Of a stretch of DNA of 64,000 nucleotides, positions 1 through 10,916 are shown piece after piece. Source of the DNA: Candidatus Marinacidobacterales bacterium (GTDB lineage Bacteria; Acidobacteriota; Vicinamibacteria; Marinacidobacterales; DATDRI01); assembly GCA_965226495.1 (NCBI GenBank), contig OZ245365.1:2432001-2496000 (forward strand), written 5' to 3'. The notes below the pieces were generated by a model. It was not told the origin of the DNA and did not search any database. It saw nothing but the letters and a program-made list of their open reading frames with translations. A program made the position numbers and the translations under genes. The number at the start of each line of letters is the position of its first letter. Position 1 is the first letter of the stretch.

Positions 1-123
1 GTTTGGGGGAGGAGGTCCACAAGCGTTAGTTTGCCTTCGACGTTACCTTCTCGGCTCGTTGCCCACATCTCGCACGAAAATCCCTAGAAATCGCCGCCCC
101 GAAAAGGCTATACTTGGCGATTA

Positions 124-360
124 ATGGGGAATTTCGACCGTTCGGATCCTCCGAACTACGAAGAATTCGACGCGGTCAGTCTCTTTTGCCCCACCTGCAA
201 AACGGCGCAGCCCGTGCGACAACGCCTCCTTCTCGCACTACCCGATGGCGAGCTTTACGAGTACAGATGTTCTCACTGCAACACGTCAGTTGGCAAAAAG
301 AAGAACGACGTACCGTTTGGGCTCACACCAAAATCGCTAGTGGATGACGGAGACGCATGA
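124..360 (+). CDS. small zinc-ribbon protein
   Basis: 78 aa with CPTC and CSHC pairs; stop overlaps the next start (ATGA at 357-360). Confidence 0.7.
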   Translation: MGNFDRSDPPNYEEFDAVSLFCPTCKTAQPVRQRLLLALPDGELYEYRCSHCNTSVGKKKNDVPFGLTPKSLVDDGDA

Positions 361-866
361 ATCAGATCTTGGAAAGCTTTTCCTTCGACGCTGAGGAGGG
401 GAGACTAGACCTCCAAGGACTGCGGTATTTACTCATGAGGCCGAGTCTGCTTTCCGAGATCCAGAAAACTCTAGAGGAGCTACTTCCCCAGGAAGTGGGA
501 ACAATCCTTTCCGACGCCGCACAAACCGAGGGACTGGTGCTCGCGAGCCGCCTCAAGGATGTGTTCTCGTATTCGGAAGATCAAGTCTTGAGCTCTCTGG
601 CCTTCATGATGGGGGAATCGGGGTGGGGAGCAGTCTCCGTCCAAATGATCAACGTCGAAACCGCGGAGTTGGTCTTGAAAGTTCACGGATCTCCTTTCGC
701 CGAGGAATACGGTCCGTCGGTGCGGCCGGTTTGCCACCTGCTGCTCGGACTGTTCCGAGGTGCCGGGATGGCCATCTTCGATCGCGAGGTCATCGGTGAG
801 GAGGTGCAGTGTGCTGCCAAGGGCGACGCCGCGTGCCTTCTCGTCGTAAGTGCCAAACCTGCGTGA
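357..866 (+). CDS. stand-alone V4R (vinyl-4-reductase) domain protein
   Basis: GWG motif, then SPFA..PVCH..GLFRG and EVQCAAKGDAAC, typical of V4R. Confidence 0.85.
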   Translation: MNQILESFSFDAEEGRLDLQGLRYLLMRPSLLSEIQKTLEELLPQEVGTILSDAAQTEGLVLASRLKDVFSYSEDQVLSSLAFMMGESGWGAVSVQMINVETAELVLKVHGSPFAEEYGPSVRPVCHLLLGLFRGAGMAIFDREVIGEEVQCAAKGDAACLLVVSAKPA

Positions 867-885
867 GGCTGCCTCACACGTTCAG

Positions 886-2127
886 ATGATAGCCAGCCTC
901 CTCCTTCTTTTCGCTGCCACCCTCGTCCAGCCGGACGTGGAGAAGGTTCTGTCGACTCCAAAGATCGTCAGGGCGATGGAAATCGTGGACGAGAGCAAGG
1001 CCTGGTCCGTCGCCGAGCTCGTCACGCTAACCGAGATCGAGGCACCACCGTTCGAAGAGGATGAGCGGGGCGCGGCCGTGATGGAGCGTTTTCGCAGCCT
1101 CGGGCTTACCGAAGTTTGGAAGGATGAGGAGGGAAATGTCTACGGCGAACGGCCCGGAAGTGGCGACGGTCCGACCGTGGTTCTAGCCGCGCACCTGGAT
1201 ACTGTCTTTCCACGCGGGAGCGTCACCGGCGTCAGGCGAGAAGGAAACTGGATGTTCGCGCCGGGCATCGGAGACAACACCGTCGGGCTGGTCACGATAC
1301 TAACGGTTCTCAAGGCGTTAGAGGAAGCCCAGGTCGAGACCGCCGGGACCCTGATCTTCATGGCAACGGTGGGGGAGGAGGGGAGAGGTGACCTTCGCGG
1401 GGTGAAACATCTTTTCTTGAAAAATCCTCTTCGCGAACGCATCGACATGTTTGTCTCAGTCGATGGCGCCAGCGACGACGATGTCATCCACGAGGCTCTA
1501 GGAAGCAGGCGATACCGCATCACCTACCGCGGACCCGGCGGACATAGCTGGGGAGCCTTCGGGACGCCGAACCCTGGCTTCGCGATGGCTCGTACGTTAG
1601 CGAAACTAGCCGAGCTCGAAGTCTCTAAGAATCCGAAACAAAGTTACAACGTCGGGGTCGTCGGTGGAGGGACGTCTATTAATTCGATCCCCGCCGAGGT
1701 CTGGATGGAGATCGACCTCCGTGGAGAAGACGTCGATATCCTGAAAGAGACAGAAGAGACGTTCCTTCGCTTTGTCGACGAAGGCGTAGCGCGGGAGAAC
1801 GAAGTCCGTTCTCTCACCGGCCCCCTCCGTGCGGAAAAGGAACTGGTGGGAGATCGACCTTCGGGCGAGGTTCCCGTCGATGCCCCGATCGTCCAGACCG
1901 CAGTCGAGGTGACCCGCCTTGTCGTTGGGATCGACGACGTGTCGTTGGTTCGAAGCAGCACCGATTCCAACTTGCCTATTAGCCTGGGAATTCCCGCCAT
2001 CACCATCGGCGGCGGTGGGGAAGGCGCCGATGCGCACGCCCCTGCCGAAGGATTCGACCCCACCGACTGGGAGCGCGGTATCCGCCGGGTGCTGGCCCTC
2101 GCTGTTGCGCTCGTCGGACTTCCTTAG
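886..2127 (+). CDS. exported M20/M25/M40 family metallopeptidase
   Basis: AHLDTV, GIGDN, GEEG, GGHS and STDSN motifs; signal-like N-terminus from ATG 886 (the ORF track starts at 850). Confidence 0.9.
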   Translation: MIASLLLLFAATLVQPDVEKVLSTPKIVRAMEIVDESKAWSVAELVTLTEIEAPPFEEDERGAAVMERFRSLGLTEVWKDEEGNVYGERPGSGDGPTVVLAAHLDTVFPRGSVTGVRREGNWMFAPGIGDNTVGLVTILTVLKALEEAQVETAGTLIFMATVGEEGRGDLRGVKHLFLKNPLRERIDMFVSVDGASDDDVIHEALGSRRYRITYRGPGGHSWGAFGTPNPGFAMARTLAKLAELEVSKNPKQSYNVGVVGGGTSINSIPAEVWMEIDLRGEDVDILKETEETFLRFVDEGVARENEVRSLTGPLRAEKELVGDRPSGEVPVDAPIVQTAVEVTRLVVGIDDVSLVRSSTDSNLPISLGIPAITIGGGGEGADAHAPAEGFDPTDWERGIRRVLALAVALVGLP

Positions 2128-2180
2128 AAGGCGCACCTCGCGCCACTGCCCCACGAAACCGTCGTGCTAGAATATCGATC

Positions 2181-3098
2181 GTGCGCCTGCTAGACGAAGA
2201 CCATCAGCACAAATCCTCTCGCGGCAAATTTGCCGTAGCGGTTGTCGTCGGACTAGCGCTCCTTGCGGGCACCGGTTACTGGTACTCAGGCCTTCCCGAA
2301 ACACCTCCCCGGGTAGCTGAGACGGCCGAGAAACCCGCCCCGAAGCCCAAAGCAACCAAGCCGGCGACGCCCCACAAGGCGGGTCCAACGACGGGCTCTC
2401 TCTCCGTGACGGCGAATGTCGAGGGAGCGACCGTCTATTTGGATGGGAAGGGGATGGGGGAGGTGCCCTATCGTTTAGATGGGGTCGAACCGGGTGCGTA
2501 CGAGATCCGCGTCGCCAAGGAGGGCTACGAAACCTTCGACAAGATGGTGGCCGTCTCGAAGGGGAGAGAGGCCGAGGTCAATGCGATGCTCGCTCTCGAA
2601 CCGGTGCGCTTGAGGGTCGAAAGTGACGTTCCTGGCGCAACGGTCTTTTTGGATCGCAAGTACATTGGAACGACACCGGTTACCATCACCGACGTGGGGC
2701 GCGGCACATACGGGTTAACCGTTTCCGCAGACGGGTACGATATCCACTCGGAAAGCGTCGAGCTCACGACAGGAAGCCGCGATCTCTATGTCCGTTTCAA
2801 AGAGGTGAGGCTCCAAGAGACGGCCAAGGTGGTTCACAAACACAGCTTCGGTTCTTGCGAAGGCACGCTCACCGCTACTCCCAACGGCTTGACCTACGAA
2901 ACGACCAACAACAAGGATGGCTTCTCCGTGCCGTTCTCCGCGCTCGAGACGTTCGAAGTAGACTTCATCGAAAAGAACCTTCAGATCAAGGTGCGCGGCG
3001 GAAGGAAATATAACTTCACCGAAAAGAGTGGAGACGCCGACGTCTTGTTCGTGTTTCACAAGAATGTCGAGACAGCCGAAAAACGGCTCGCCGACTAA
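2181..3098 (+). CDS. membrane-anchored PEGA domain protein
   Basis: N-terminal TM segment and Pro/Lys linker; two PEGA-like repeats (GATVYLDG..GEVP, GATVFLDR..GTTP). Confidence 0.85.
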   Translation: MRLLDEDHQHKSSRGKFAVAVVVGLALLAGTGYWYSGLPETPPRVAETAEKPAPKPKATKPATPHKAGPTTGSLSVTANVEGATVYLDGKGMGEVPYRLDGVEPGAYEIRVAKEGYETFDKMVAVSKGREAEVNAMLALEPVRLRVESDVPGATVFLDRKYIGTTPVTITDVGRGTYGLTVSADGYDIHSESVELTTGSRDLYVRFKEVRLQETAKVVHKHSFGSCEGTLTATPNGLTYETTNNKDGFSVPFSALETFEVDFIEKNLQIKVRGGRKYNFTEKSGDADVLFVFHKNVETAEKRLAD

Positions 3099-3116
3099 TT
3101 AGGAGAGACTCGCCCA

Positions 3117-3644
3117 ATGAAACTGCGTTTTTGCTTCTCGCTCCTTGCCGGTCTGGTCGCAACCGCGGGAGCCCTCGCGCAAACTGAGACCAAAGATCCG
3201 TTAGCGAAAGAAATTCCCAACTACGTACGACCGGCCGACGGCAACGTGGCGTACACGGGGCAACCTCGCGAGGACGGCTTTCAGGCGGTCAAAGACGCCG
3301 GGTTCAAGACCGTCATCAACCTTCGACCGGCCGACGAAATGAACTTTGATGAGAAGAAGGTCGTCGAGGGGCTCGGGATGACGTACGTCAACATCCCGAT
3401 CACGACCCTCTCGATCACCGGAGAAAAGGTCGGCCGCCTCGCGGACCTACTCGGCGATCCGGAGGCGGCACCGATCCTCATGCATTGCGGAAGCTCCAAC
3501 CGCGTCGGGGGCATGTGGTACATCTACCGTGCGCTCTTCACCGGCGCATCCGAAGAAGAAGCCATGGAGGAGGCTACGAAATACGGCCTTCGAAGCGTGA
3601 TGCTCAAGACAATGGTCGAGAGCTACGTCTCTTCCCGCAAGTAA
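3117..3644 (+). CDS. exported protein-tyrosine-phosphatase-like / DUF442 sulfur-transferase domain protein
   Basis: TGQP, GFKTVINLR and HCGSSNR (CX5R-like) motifs; signal peptide; RBS AGGAG. Confidence 0.85.
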   Translation: MKLRFCFSLLAGLVATAGALAQTETKDPLAKEIPNYVRPADGNVAYTGQPREDGFQAVKDAGFKTVINLRPADEMNFDEKKVVEGLGMTYVNIPITTLSITGEKVGRLADLLGDPEAAPILMHCGSSNRVGGMWYIYRALFTGASEEEAMEEATKYGLRSVMLKTMVESYVSSRK

Positions 3645-3661
3645 CCCTTCGCTGGAGCGAT

Positions 3662-3872
3662 CTACTCCTCCAGCATCTGTCCTCGCACCTCGCCACCCGG
3701 GTTATCCAGCGTGTGGACGTTGGCGTAGATGAGACCATCCCGAATGGCTAGGGCGAGAGCGGCGATGTTGTTGACCGGTCGACCAATCGTTTGAGTAGCC
3801 GGGGTTGGAGAGCGCCAGAAGAGCGCCCAAAAAAAGAATCGGGATCAGCGTTGCGAACTGTTTCTTGGTCAT
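3662..3872 (-). pseudogene. internally deleted CHRD-domain exported protein
   Basis: RBS and MTKKQFATLIPILFLGALLALS signal peptide, joined out of frame to GLIYANVHTLDNPGGEVRGQMLEE*, the CHRD C-terminal motif; 211 nt is not a multiple of 3. Confidence 0.7.
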
Positions 3873-3960
3873 CGCTCAAACTCCTACTTCTACGAAATAG
3901 AAGTGAGCTCTACGAAATGCAGCAGCAATTGTCTTCACATTGAAAAAAGAGGGCAGTCCT

Positions 3961-6282
3961 CTAGGTCGTTTCACGCAGATCGAGTGTGAAGCGATAGACG
4001 TTGGTGGCTCCATCAACGCATTCAAGGTGCAGCTGACCGCCCTGCTCCTGGACCAGATGGCGACTCAGGGTGAGGCTCATATCGGCGCCGATTCGGCCGC
4101 CCGCCACCGTGCGGAAATGAGGTTCAAACATACCTTCGAGGGGTGTCGGTAACGGCCTTTCAAATGGTGATTCGATCTCCACCTGGGTAGTTTCGGCGGC
4201 ACTCAAGCTGCTGTTGATTCTAATGGTCTGCCCACTTGCCATTCGCCGGAGAGAGAATTCCAAAACTCCATGAAAAACGTGGATCAAATCGGCAGCCCGG
4301 TAGTGGCGGCGGGTAGCGCGCGGATCCGTGATTCGGGCAATCTCAACGTTTCGCCCAGCGATTTGGTCTTCCAGTATGGCGAGCGCCGTGTCGATGATTT
4401 CGTCAATCGCCATTCGCTTTACTTCAGCTTCGTCGAGGTTGGCAAAACGCCTCAGGTTGGTGACTTGCTGTTCGATTCTACCGATGGCGACACGATCGTT
4501 TTGCAGAGTCGACTGAAAAATGTTCATCGCCGAGGTCAAGTTACCCGAGGCGGCGTCCTTGGAAAGCTTTTGCCAGATCTTTTCATAGATTTGTTTACTA
4601 CTATTGATGACGCCGAGTGGACTATTGATTTCGTGAGCGATACTCGCCGCGACGCGGCCTAGAGTTGCCATCTTCTCCGACTGAACCAATTGATGTTGGG
4701 CGGCCACTAATTCTTCGGTGCGCGCGCTCACAGCTTGCTCGAGCTCCGCCATATTTCTTCGCATCGACGCTTCTCGACGATTCTTGATGACGATATAGGC
4801 GCCAAAGCAGAACAGAAGCAGCGACAGGGTCGTCACTGCCAACGGAAGCGGTCGGCGATAGAAAGGCAGAAAGACATTGACGGTGCGGGCTCGCAGGGTC
4901 TCCCGCCGTCCGAGAGTGTCCTCCGCTTCAAGAATGAGAACGTTACGGCCCTCGCCGAGAGGGATCGTCTGGTCTATCTCCAAAGAATCCGGGGCGTCGC
5001 CGCCTTGCTCGATGAGGAATATCGGATGGACGATCTCCCCGTTGACGGTTACGGTGACGCTTCGAATACCAGCACTCGCCTTGGCACGACCGCGGATGAA
5101 CACCTCTTTCCCCAGAATTCTCTCGTTCTCGACCGGAGCGTCGAAAGTGACGAGAATCCTGTTCAGCGCGCGCTCGGCGCTCTCAATCATCGTCGCCGCT
5201 GCCGCCGCGCGGTAGTGAGTTTGTTTGATCTGAGACAGAGTTCGTATCGCTTCCAGCCATTCTTGCTCTTCAAATAGCGTCTGACCGTCTCTGAAGAACA
5301 CCTCCGCCTGCTGATCTTCGCGTTGCGCGATTTCAGACGCGACGACGCGGTCGGCCAAGAGTCGAGCCTCCTCGTCGCGCGGATTGCTTTCAAGAATTTC
5401 AGAATTAAGACGCCGCGCCTCGGTAAAGCGGCCATTCGCCAAAGCCGCTTGAACTTGCGACAAGATTCTCAATCGATGTTCCCGTTCACGAATCAGATTC
5501 CTTTCTTGCTCTGCCTCCATCCGAAGTCGCCGTTCGATCTCCTCTGCTTGATAACGGGCAACCGAGAGAAGCAGAAGGTCGGCATCGGAATCCGCGGGAA
5601 AGCGACGTAGAACTTCCTGAGCCAGCCCTTTGGCCTCGTCCGGCTGGTCATCATTGAGAGCTTGACGACCTTGCTCGATTAGGTTGAGCCGCCAACGTTC
5701 ATCGATGGCGCGACGGGTTGCGGAGATTTGCGATTGGACCTCCGGGTCGTCTCGCAGCAGAGCATCGGCTTGGAGAAACGCCTCATAGGCAGGTTGCAAT
5801 TCCCCGTCGGCGAATTTCTTCTTGCCGGCGGTTACATACCTCATAGCTTCATCTTTCTGGCGGAGCAAGTTGAGTTGGGCGGCAGCATTCTCACGCAAGG
5901 CCTCTATTTCAGCGCCAAGAGCGACTTCCTTCTTGATCTCGGCGTATTCAATAGAAACGTCAAAGGCAGTTACGGATTCCTCGTAATACTCTGCAGCGTT
6001 GTTTTCGTCACTTTCAGCCAGTCCGTAGAAAGCCTTGCCTAAGTGAAACCACGGGTAATAGGGAATGTAGCGGGTTCCGTAGAGTTTGACGCGGGAGGCC
6101 GGAGTGCGATTGACCTCCAAAGCCATTCGCAACGCTTCGACTGCGCCTTGATAGTTTCGCGATCGGAGAGCCTCGAGACCACTCTCGTAATTGAGATGCC
6201 AGGGGACTTGGGCGCCGGCGAAGGACGATAGACATACCACCGCCAAGATCAACACTTTGGCGTATAGATGTCGATGGCTCAC
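3961..6282 (-). CDS. TPR/Ig-like ectodomain sensor histidine-kinase-like protein with degenerate ATPase domain
   Basis: signal peptide, TPR-like helices, Ig-like beta domain, TM helix, H-box [23 protein letters not shown]; N/G1/G2 boxes degenerate. Confidence 0.85.
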   Translation of the reverse strand: MSHRHLYAKVLILAVVCLSSFAGAQVPWHLNYESGLEALRSRNYQGAVEALRMALEVNRTPASRVKLYGTRYIPYYPWFHLGKAFYGLAESDENNAAEYYEESVTAFDVSIEYAEIKKEVALGAEIEALRENAAAQLNLLRQKDEAMRYVTAGKKKFADGELQPAYEAFLQADALLRDDPEVQSQISATRRAIDERWRLNLIEQGRQALNDDQPDEAKGLAQEVLRRFPADSDADLLLLSVARYQAEEIERRLRMEAEQERNLIREREHRLRILSQVQAALANGRFTEARRLNSEILESNPRDEEARLLADRVVASEIAQREDQQAEVFFRDGQTLFEEQEWLEAIRTLSQIKQTHYRAAAAATMIESAERALNRILVTFDAPVENERILGKEVFIRGRAKASAGIRSVTVTVNGEIVHPIFLIEQGGDAPDSLEIDQTIPLGEGRNVLILEAEDTLGRRETLRARTVNVFLPFYRRPLPLAVTTLSLLLFCFGAYIVIKNRREASMRRNMAELEQAVSARTEELVAAQHQLVQSEKMATLGRVAASIAHEINSPLGVINSSKQIYEKIWQKLSKDAASGNLTSAMNIFQSTLQNDRVAIGRIEQQVTNLRRFANLDEAEVKRMAIDEIIDTALAILEDQIAGRNVEIARITDPRATRRHYRAADLIHVFHGVLEFSLRRMASGQTIRINSSLSAAETTQVEIESPFERPLPTPLEGMFEPHFRTVAGGRIGADMSLTLSRHLVQEQGGQLHLECVDGATNVYRFTLDLRETT

Positions 6283-6285
6283 TTG

Positions 6286-6903
6286 TTAAAAGTAGATGAC
6301 CAGAGAGGTTTTTAGGGTGAGGCGGCGAGTCTTGAACTCCTGAAAATCCGTCCCGTCGCTGTCGACACGAATGACCTGCTGTCTCCAACCGCCGTACTCC
6401 AAACTCAAGTCAAAAACGAAGGCATCGGTCACGAATCCAACCCCGGCTGTGAGAGCGGTGCCGACGACTTGATCGCCAAAGGATGTGGTGAGTACTCCGT
6501 TTTCGGGATCGACAAGTCTTCGCTCATGGGCACTCACCTGGGGCAGGTTCTTGGCTCCGACTCGAATGGGAATCACCGTCAATCCGTTCACCCAACTCCA
6601 TTCGAATCCGGCTCGCCATTGGTTGAGGTCGGCGCCGCTGTCGCTCAAAGTGTTGACCTCGTCCACCCGTTGGATCGTGAGACTGCCGTCTTCTCCGACG
6701 ATCACATCCGGAGTTCCGAAGACTCGTACTGCCGCATCGCGAAACCGCCGATGCTCGAAATCGGCAGCGACCAACAGGTCACGCCGTGGATTCCAAGCGA
6801 TGCCAATCCCAAGATCGAGAGGGAGATCCAGCACATAGTCGTAGTCGATGCGCATCGTTTGTTCGAGCACCATTCCCTGCAAATCGGCGGTCCGGAATGC
6901 CAA
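6286..6903 (-). pseudogene. C-terminal part of a FadL/OmpP1-like outer-membrane beta-barrel, 5'-truncated
   Basis: amphipathic beta strands, P.RVG motif, C-terminal LVIYF; no signal peptide, and the 5' end abuts the transposase relic. Confidence 0.6.
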
Positions 6904-7038
6904 ATCGGTGTTAATTCCTCCTGTGCCTCGTCAATAACCGTCCACGTTTGAAATCAGAGACTTACGCACCGCTGTCACCCCGGCCGGAGGAGGGGATCGA
7001 CGGATTGAGATTACGGGGAAGAGCCACACTCCGCCGCT

Positions 7039-7896
7039 ATGCTCCATGTTCTCGTATTCCTCGTCTCTCTCGGCGCCCGTGCGATCCGGGCGATGTGTCG
7101 GCGGCGAGCCGACCTCGTGATTGAAAACCTGGCTCTGCGGCAGCAGGTGACAGCGCTCAAACAGGAGCGACCCCGGCCACCGCTCGATGAAACCGACCGA
7201 GCATTCTGGGTCGCGCTGCGGAGCTGGCCGGCATGGGCGAGCCGCTTGGTGATCGTCAACGCCGACACGGTTGCTCGCTGGCATCGAGAACGATTCCGGC
7301 GATACTGGGCGAAGCTCTCGCGCCGTCGTAATCCGAGCCGCCCGCGCATCGACACCGAGATCCGCCGCCTCATCCGGCTTATGGCGCAAGACGGCTGGGG
7401 TGCACCTCGTATCCACGCCGAGCTCACGAAGCTCGGCTTCATCATCTCGGAGAAGACTGTGTCGCGATACATGCCGCGGCTCTCAGCTGAGCCCGACCAA
7501 GTGAAGCGTTGGGTCGCGTTCTTGCGGAACCACAAGGACGACATCGCAGCGATGGATTTATTCACCGTGCCGACAGCGTCGCTTCGACTTCTGTACGGCT
7601 TCTTCGTCATCGAGCACGGCCGGCGCCACATCGTTCACTTCAACGCCACCTTCCATCCGACGTCGGCCTGGGTGATGCAACAACTGCGTGAGGCGTTTCC
7701 TTACGACACCGCGCCGCGATAACTGGTCCTCGACCGCGACCTTGCCCACCACGAGGACCGCTGCCACTTGGGTCTCGACAAAGACACTCCGGACGAGAGA
7801 CCGGTCACGCCACGACCGTCACCCGCGGCGAAGGTAGTGGCGTTGCCTAGAGTGGGTGGCCTTCACCATCGCTACGAGTGGCGGGAAGCTGCGTAG
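7039..7896 (+). pseudogene. integrase-core (rve) transposase relic
   Basis: ENLALRQQ, WGAPRIH, MDLFTV and QQLREAFP motifs; TAA at 7720; in-frame continuation LVLDRD..HLGLDKDTP..VGGLHHRYEW lacks the central catalytic part. Confidence 0.85.
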
Positions 7897-8077
7897 CGCC
7901 GTTCCGGTGGCCAATGTCGCGTGGCCAGAAACCGTGACCGTTCTTGCTTTCCGATCATCTAGCCCGCAGTCGACGTGACGGGCGGCACTGTCTCGCACGC
8001 GTCGACCTTACTTTCTTCTTCGTCGCCGGGCCGCACGAGCCTTTAGTTTCCGCGCCGATTAATAATGACGAACTACA

Positions 8078-8140
8078 ATGCGGAGACTTCGCCGCCCTGA
8101 AAACTCCACCCACTCCGGAGTGACCCACTCCTCTAATGTC
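8078..8140. repeat. 63-bp dispersed copy of an internal segment of the radical SAM gene at 19853-19915
   Basis: manual alignment gives 59/63 identical bases, same orientation. Confidence 0.9.
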
Positions 8141-8314
8141 ACGGGTACGGTTTCCTGCAGAAGCTGCCACGCCCAAGCGCACGGCAAATAGCGGCCTATC
8201 CTTGCTCAATTCCGTAGCGATCGCGTTGGTCGGGTTTTCCGACCAGTCACTTCCCACCGACCCTCCGCCAAACTATCTCCCCCCGGCGGATCTCTAGCTT
8301 TTTCACCTCTGGAC

Positions 8315-9130
8315 TTGCCTGCCCGGCTTGATTTTCCTTATCCTATATCCGTGGCATATCAACAGAAAGCGGCTCCTGCGTTTCAGAAGGGCTGGGCGGT
8401 GTTTCTGGATGTAGACGGAACGCTGGTCGACTTTGTGGAACATCCGGAGCAGTCGAAGGCCGCCCCAAGACTCATCGGTGTTCTGAGGGATCTCCTTGGA
8501 TTGACCAAGGGCGCACTCGCGCTGGTGAGCGGTCGCACCATCGCGAGCGTCGATGCCATCTTCGAGCCGCTGCGCCTTCCGATTGCCGGGCTGCACGGGC
8601 ACGAGCGTCGCGACACGCTCGGACACACCAGCCGGGCCCCGCTGGATGAGAGTGTTCTCTCGAGTGCGAAAGAACGATTCAAGGACTTCGTCGCGGATCA
8701 CCCCGCGACTTTCGTCGAGGAAAAGGGAGCAGGAATCGCGCTCCACTACCGACAAGCACCGAGCGAAGCAGCCGAAGTCGAGAAGCTGGCATCCGAAATT
8801 GAGGGCCAGCTACCTGAACCGTTCTGCGTGCAGCGCGGTAAAATGGTGATCGAGGTACGCTCGTGCCAGTATTCGAAGGGCTCCGCGATCGAGGCATTCA
8901 TGAATGAGCCTTGTTTCGTTGGTAGCACCCCCGTTTTCATCGGCGATGACGCGACCGACGAATACGGTTTCCGATCGGTCAACGAGTATGGCGGCCTTTC
9001 CATCAAGGTAGGGTCGGGGAGTACGGCTGCACGCTTTCGTCTTGATGGGGTAGGAGGAGTCGTGGAGTGGCTCGAAGACTATGTCCACTTTCTGCGAGCG
9101 GCGGACGGAGGGGAAGCGCATGGAGACTGA
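8315..9130 (+). CDS. otsB: trehalose-6-phosphate phosphatase
   Basis: HAD motifs DVDGTL, VSGR, KG.AI and GDDATDE; linked to otsA; true start may be slightly downstream. Confidence 0.93.
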   Translation: MPARLDFPYPISVAYQQKAAPAFQKGWAVFLDVDGTLVDFVEHPEQSKAAPRLIGVLRDLLGLTKGALALVSGRTIASVDAIFEPLRLPIAGLHGHERRDTLGHTSRAPLDESVLSSAKERFKDFVADHPATFVEEKGAGIALHYRQAPSEAAEVEKLASEIEGQLPEPFCVQRGKMVIEVRSCQYSKGSAIEAFMNEPCFVGSTPVFIGDDATDEYGFRSVNEYGGLSIKVGSGSTAARFRLDGVGGVVEWLEDYVHFLRAADGGEAHGD

Positions 9131-10916
9131 TCTGGATCTGGCCCTGGTCGGAAACTGCAGTTTCAGTGCATTGATCGACTCGCGAACGAACGTTGTCTGG
9201 TCCTGTCTGCCGAGGTTCGACAGCGACCCGGTTTTCGATAGCCTACTGTCACGCGATTCCGAGAACGATGACAATCGTGATAGGACCTTTGTCTTCGAAT
9301 TAATTGATTTCGAGCGTTCGGAGCAGGAGTACGTGAAGAACTCCGCAGTGGTGCGTACGCGCCTATTTGATACCCGAGGTGGTGCGGTGGAGATAACAGA
9401 CTTCGCCCCGCGCTTCAAAAAGTTCGGCCGAACGTTCCGGCCGCTCACACTGGTCCGCATGCTCCGCCGCATCGCGGGAAGTCCTCGTGCGAGGATCAAG
9501 CTCAGGCCGACCGTCATCGGCGGTGATGGGCGCCCCGCCATCACCCACGGCAGCAACCACGTTCGCTACGTGATGCCCCGGCATACGCTACGACTGACGA
9601 CCGATGCCTCCATCACGGCGGTTCTCGACGAGATTCCGTTCGTGGTGGAGCAACCCTTGACCTTCATTCTTGGGCCGGACGAGACGCTTCAGGAAGGGGT
9701 GGCCGAGACCGGGCGACAATTCCTGGAGCAAACGCTGGGCTATTGGAACGAATGGGTGCGCTATCTCGGGATTCCATTCGAGTGGCAGAGCGCGGTCATT
9801 CGGGCCGCCATCACGCTGAAGCTGAATTCCTTCGAAGACACCGGCGCTATCGTCGCAGCCATGACCACGTCGATACCCGAGGCCCCGGACAGCAACCGTA
9901 ACTGGGACTATCGATATTGCTGGCTCCGGGACGCTCAGTTCACGGTTGGTGCTTTGAACCGGCTGGGAACGACACAGACCATGGAGCGCTATCTCGGATT
10001 CATCGTCAACGTGGCGGCAGGAAGCGACGACGGAAAGCTCCAGCCGGTCTACGGCATCAATGGGCGGGCGCGCCTCGAGGAGATGGTGATCGAGAGCCTG
10101 CCCGGGTACCGGGGCATGGGACCGGTACGCTTCGGAAACCAGGCCTACCAGCAAGTGCAAAATGACGTCTACGGTGCAGCGGTGCTCGCGGCGACGCACA
10201 TGTTCTTCGATGAACGTCTCGAGAGCCCGGGCGACGAAGCGCTCTTCCAACGGCTGGAGCATCTCGGGGGGCTCGCTTTTCGCGTATTCAGTCAACCCGA
10301 CGCCGGACCATGGGAGCGTCGCACGTCGAACCGCGTCCATACCTACTCGGCCGTCATGTGCTGGGCGGCGTGCGACCGCCTCGGCAAGATCGCGCAGCGA
10401 TTCGGACTCACAAAACGGGCGACGCACTGGAGCCGCAAAGCGCGGAACATGCACGTGACGATCTGCGCGAAATCGTGGAACGAGAAGCTCGGTAGCTTCG
10501 CGGCGAGCTTCGGCGGTAAGGATTTGGACGCCACTCTCCTTCTCCTGCCTGAGCTCGGTTTTGTGGCCGCCTCCGACCCGCGCTTTGTCGGCACTGTCGC
10601 CGCAGTCGAAAAACACCTGCTGAAAGGTGATTTTCTCTTTCGCTACGTGACACCCGACGATTTCGGCCTTCCCGAATCGGCGTTCATCGTTTGCAGTTTC
10701 TGGTACGTCGATGCTCTGCACGCGCTAGGGCGCGAAGAGGAGGCTCGGGCACTATTCGAGAAGCTCCTTTCGTGTCGAAACCGGCACGGCCTGCTCTCGG
10801 AAGATCTCGATCCGCGCACCGGCGAGCTATGGGGAAATTTCCCGCAGACCTACAGCATGGTGGGCTTGATCAACTCAGCGCTCAGACTCAGCAAGTCGTG
10901 GGAGACTGCCTTTTGA
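9120..10916 (+). CDS. glycoside hydrolase family 15 (trehalase/glucoamylase-like)
   Basis: [30 protein letters not shown] and GNFPQ motifs; ATG 9120 follows a GGAGGG RBS. Confidence 0.93.
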   Translation: METDLDLALVGNCSFSALIDSRTNVVWSCLPRFDSDPVFDSLLSRDSENDDNRDRTFVFELIDFERSEQEYVKNSAVVRTRLFDTRGGAVEITDFAPRFKKFGRTFRPLTLVRMLRRIAGSPRARIKLRPTVIGGDGRPAITHGSNHVRYVMPRHTLRLTTDASITAVLDEIPFVVEQPLTFILGPDETLQEGVAETGRQFLEQTLGYWNEWVRYLGIPFEWQSAVIRAAITLKLNSFEDTGAIVAAMTTSIPEAPDSNRNWDYRYCWLRDAQFTVGALNRLGTTQTMERYLGFIVNVAAGSDDGKLQPVYGINGRARLEEMVIESLPGYRGMGPVRFGNQAYQQVQNDVYGAAVLAATHMFFDERLESPGDEALFQRLEHLGGLAFRVFSQPDAGPWERRTSNRVHTYSAVMCWAACDRLGKIAQRFGLTKRATHWSRKARNMHVTICAKSWNEKLGSFAASFGGKDLDATLLLLPELGFVAASDPRFVGTVAAVEKHLLKGDFLFRYVTPDDFGLPESAFIVCSFWYVDALHALGREEEARALFEKLLSCRNRHGLLSEDLDPRTGELWGNFPQTYSMVGLINSALRLSKSWETAF

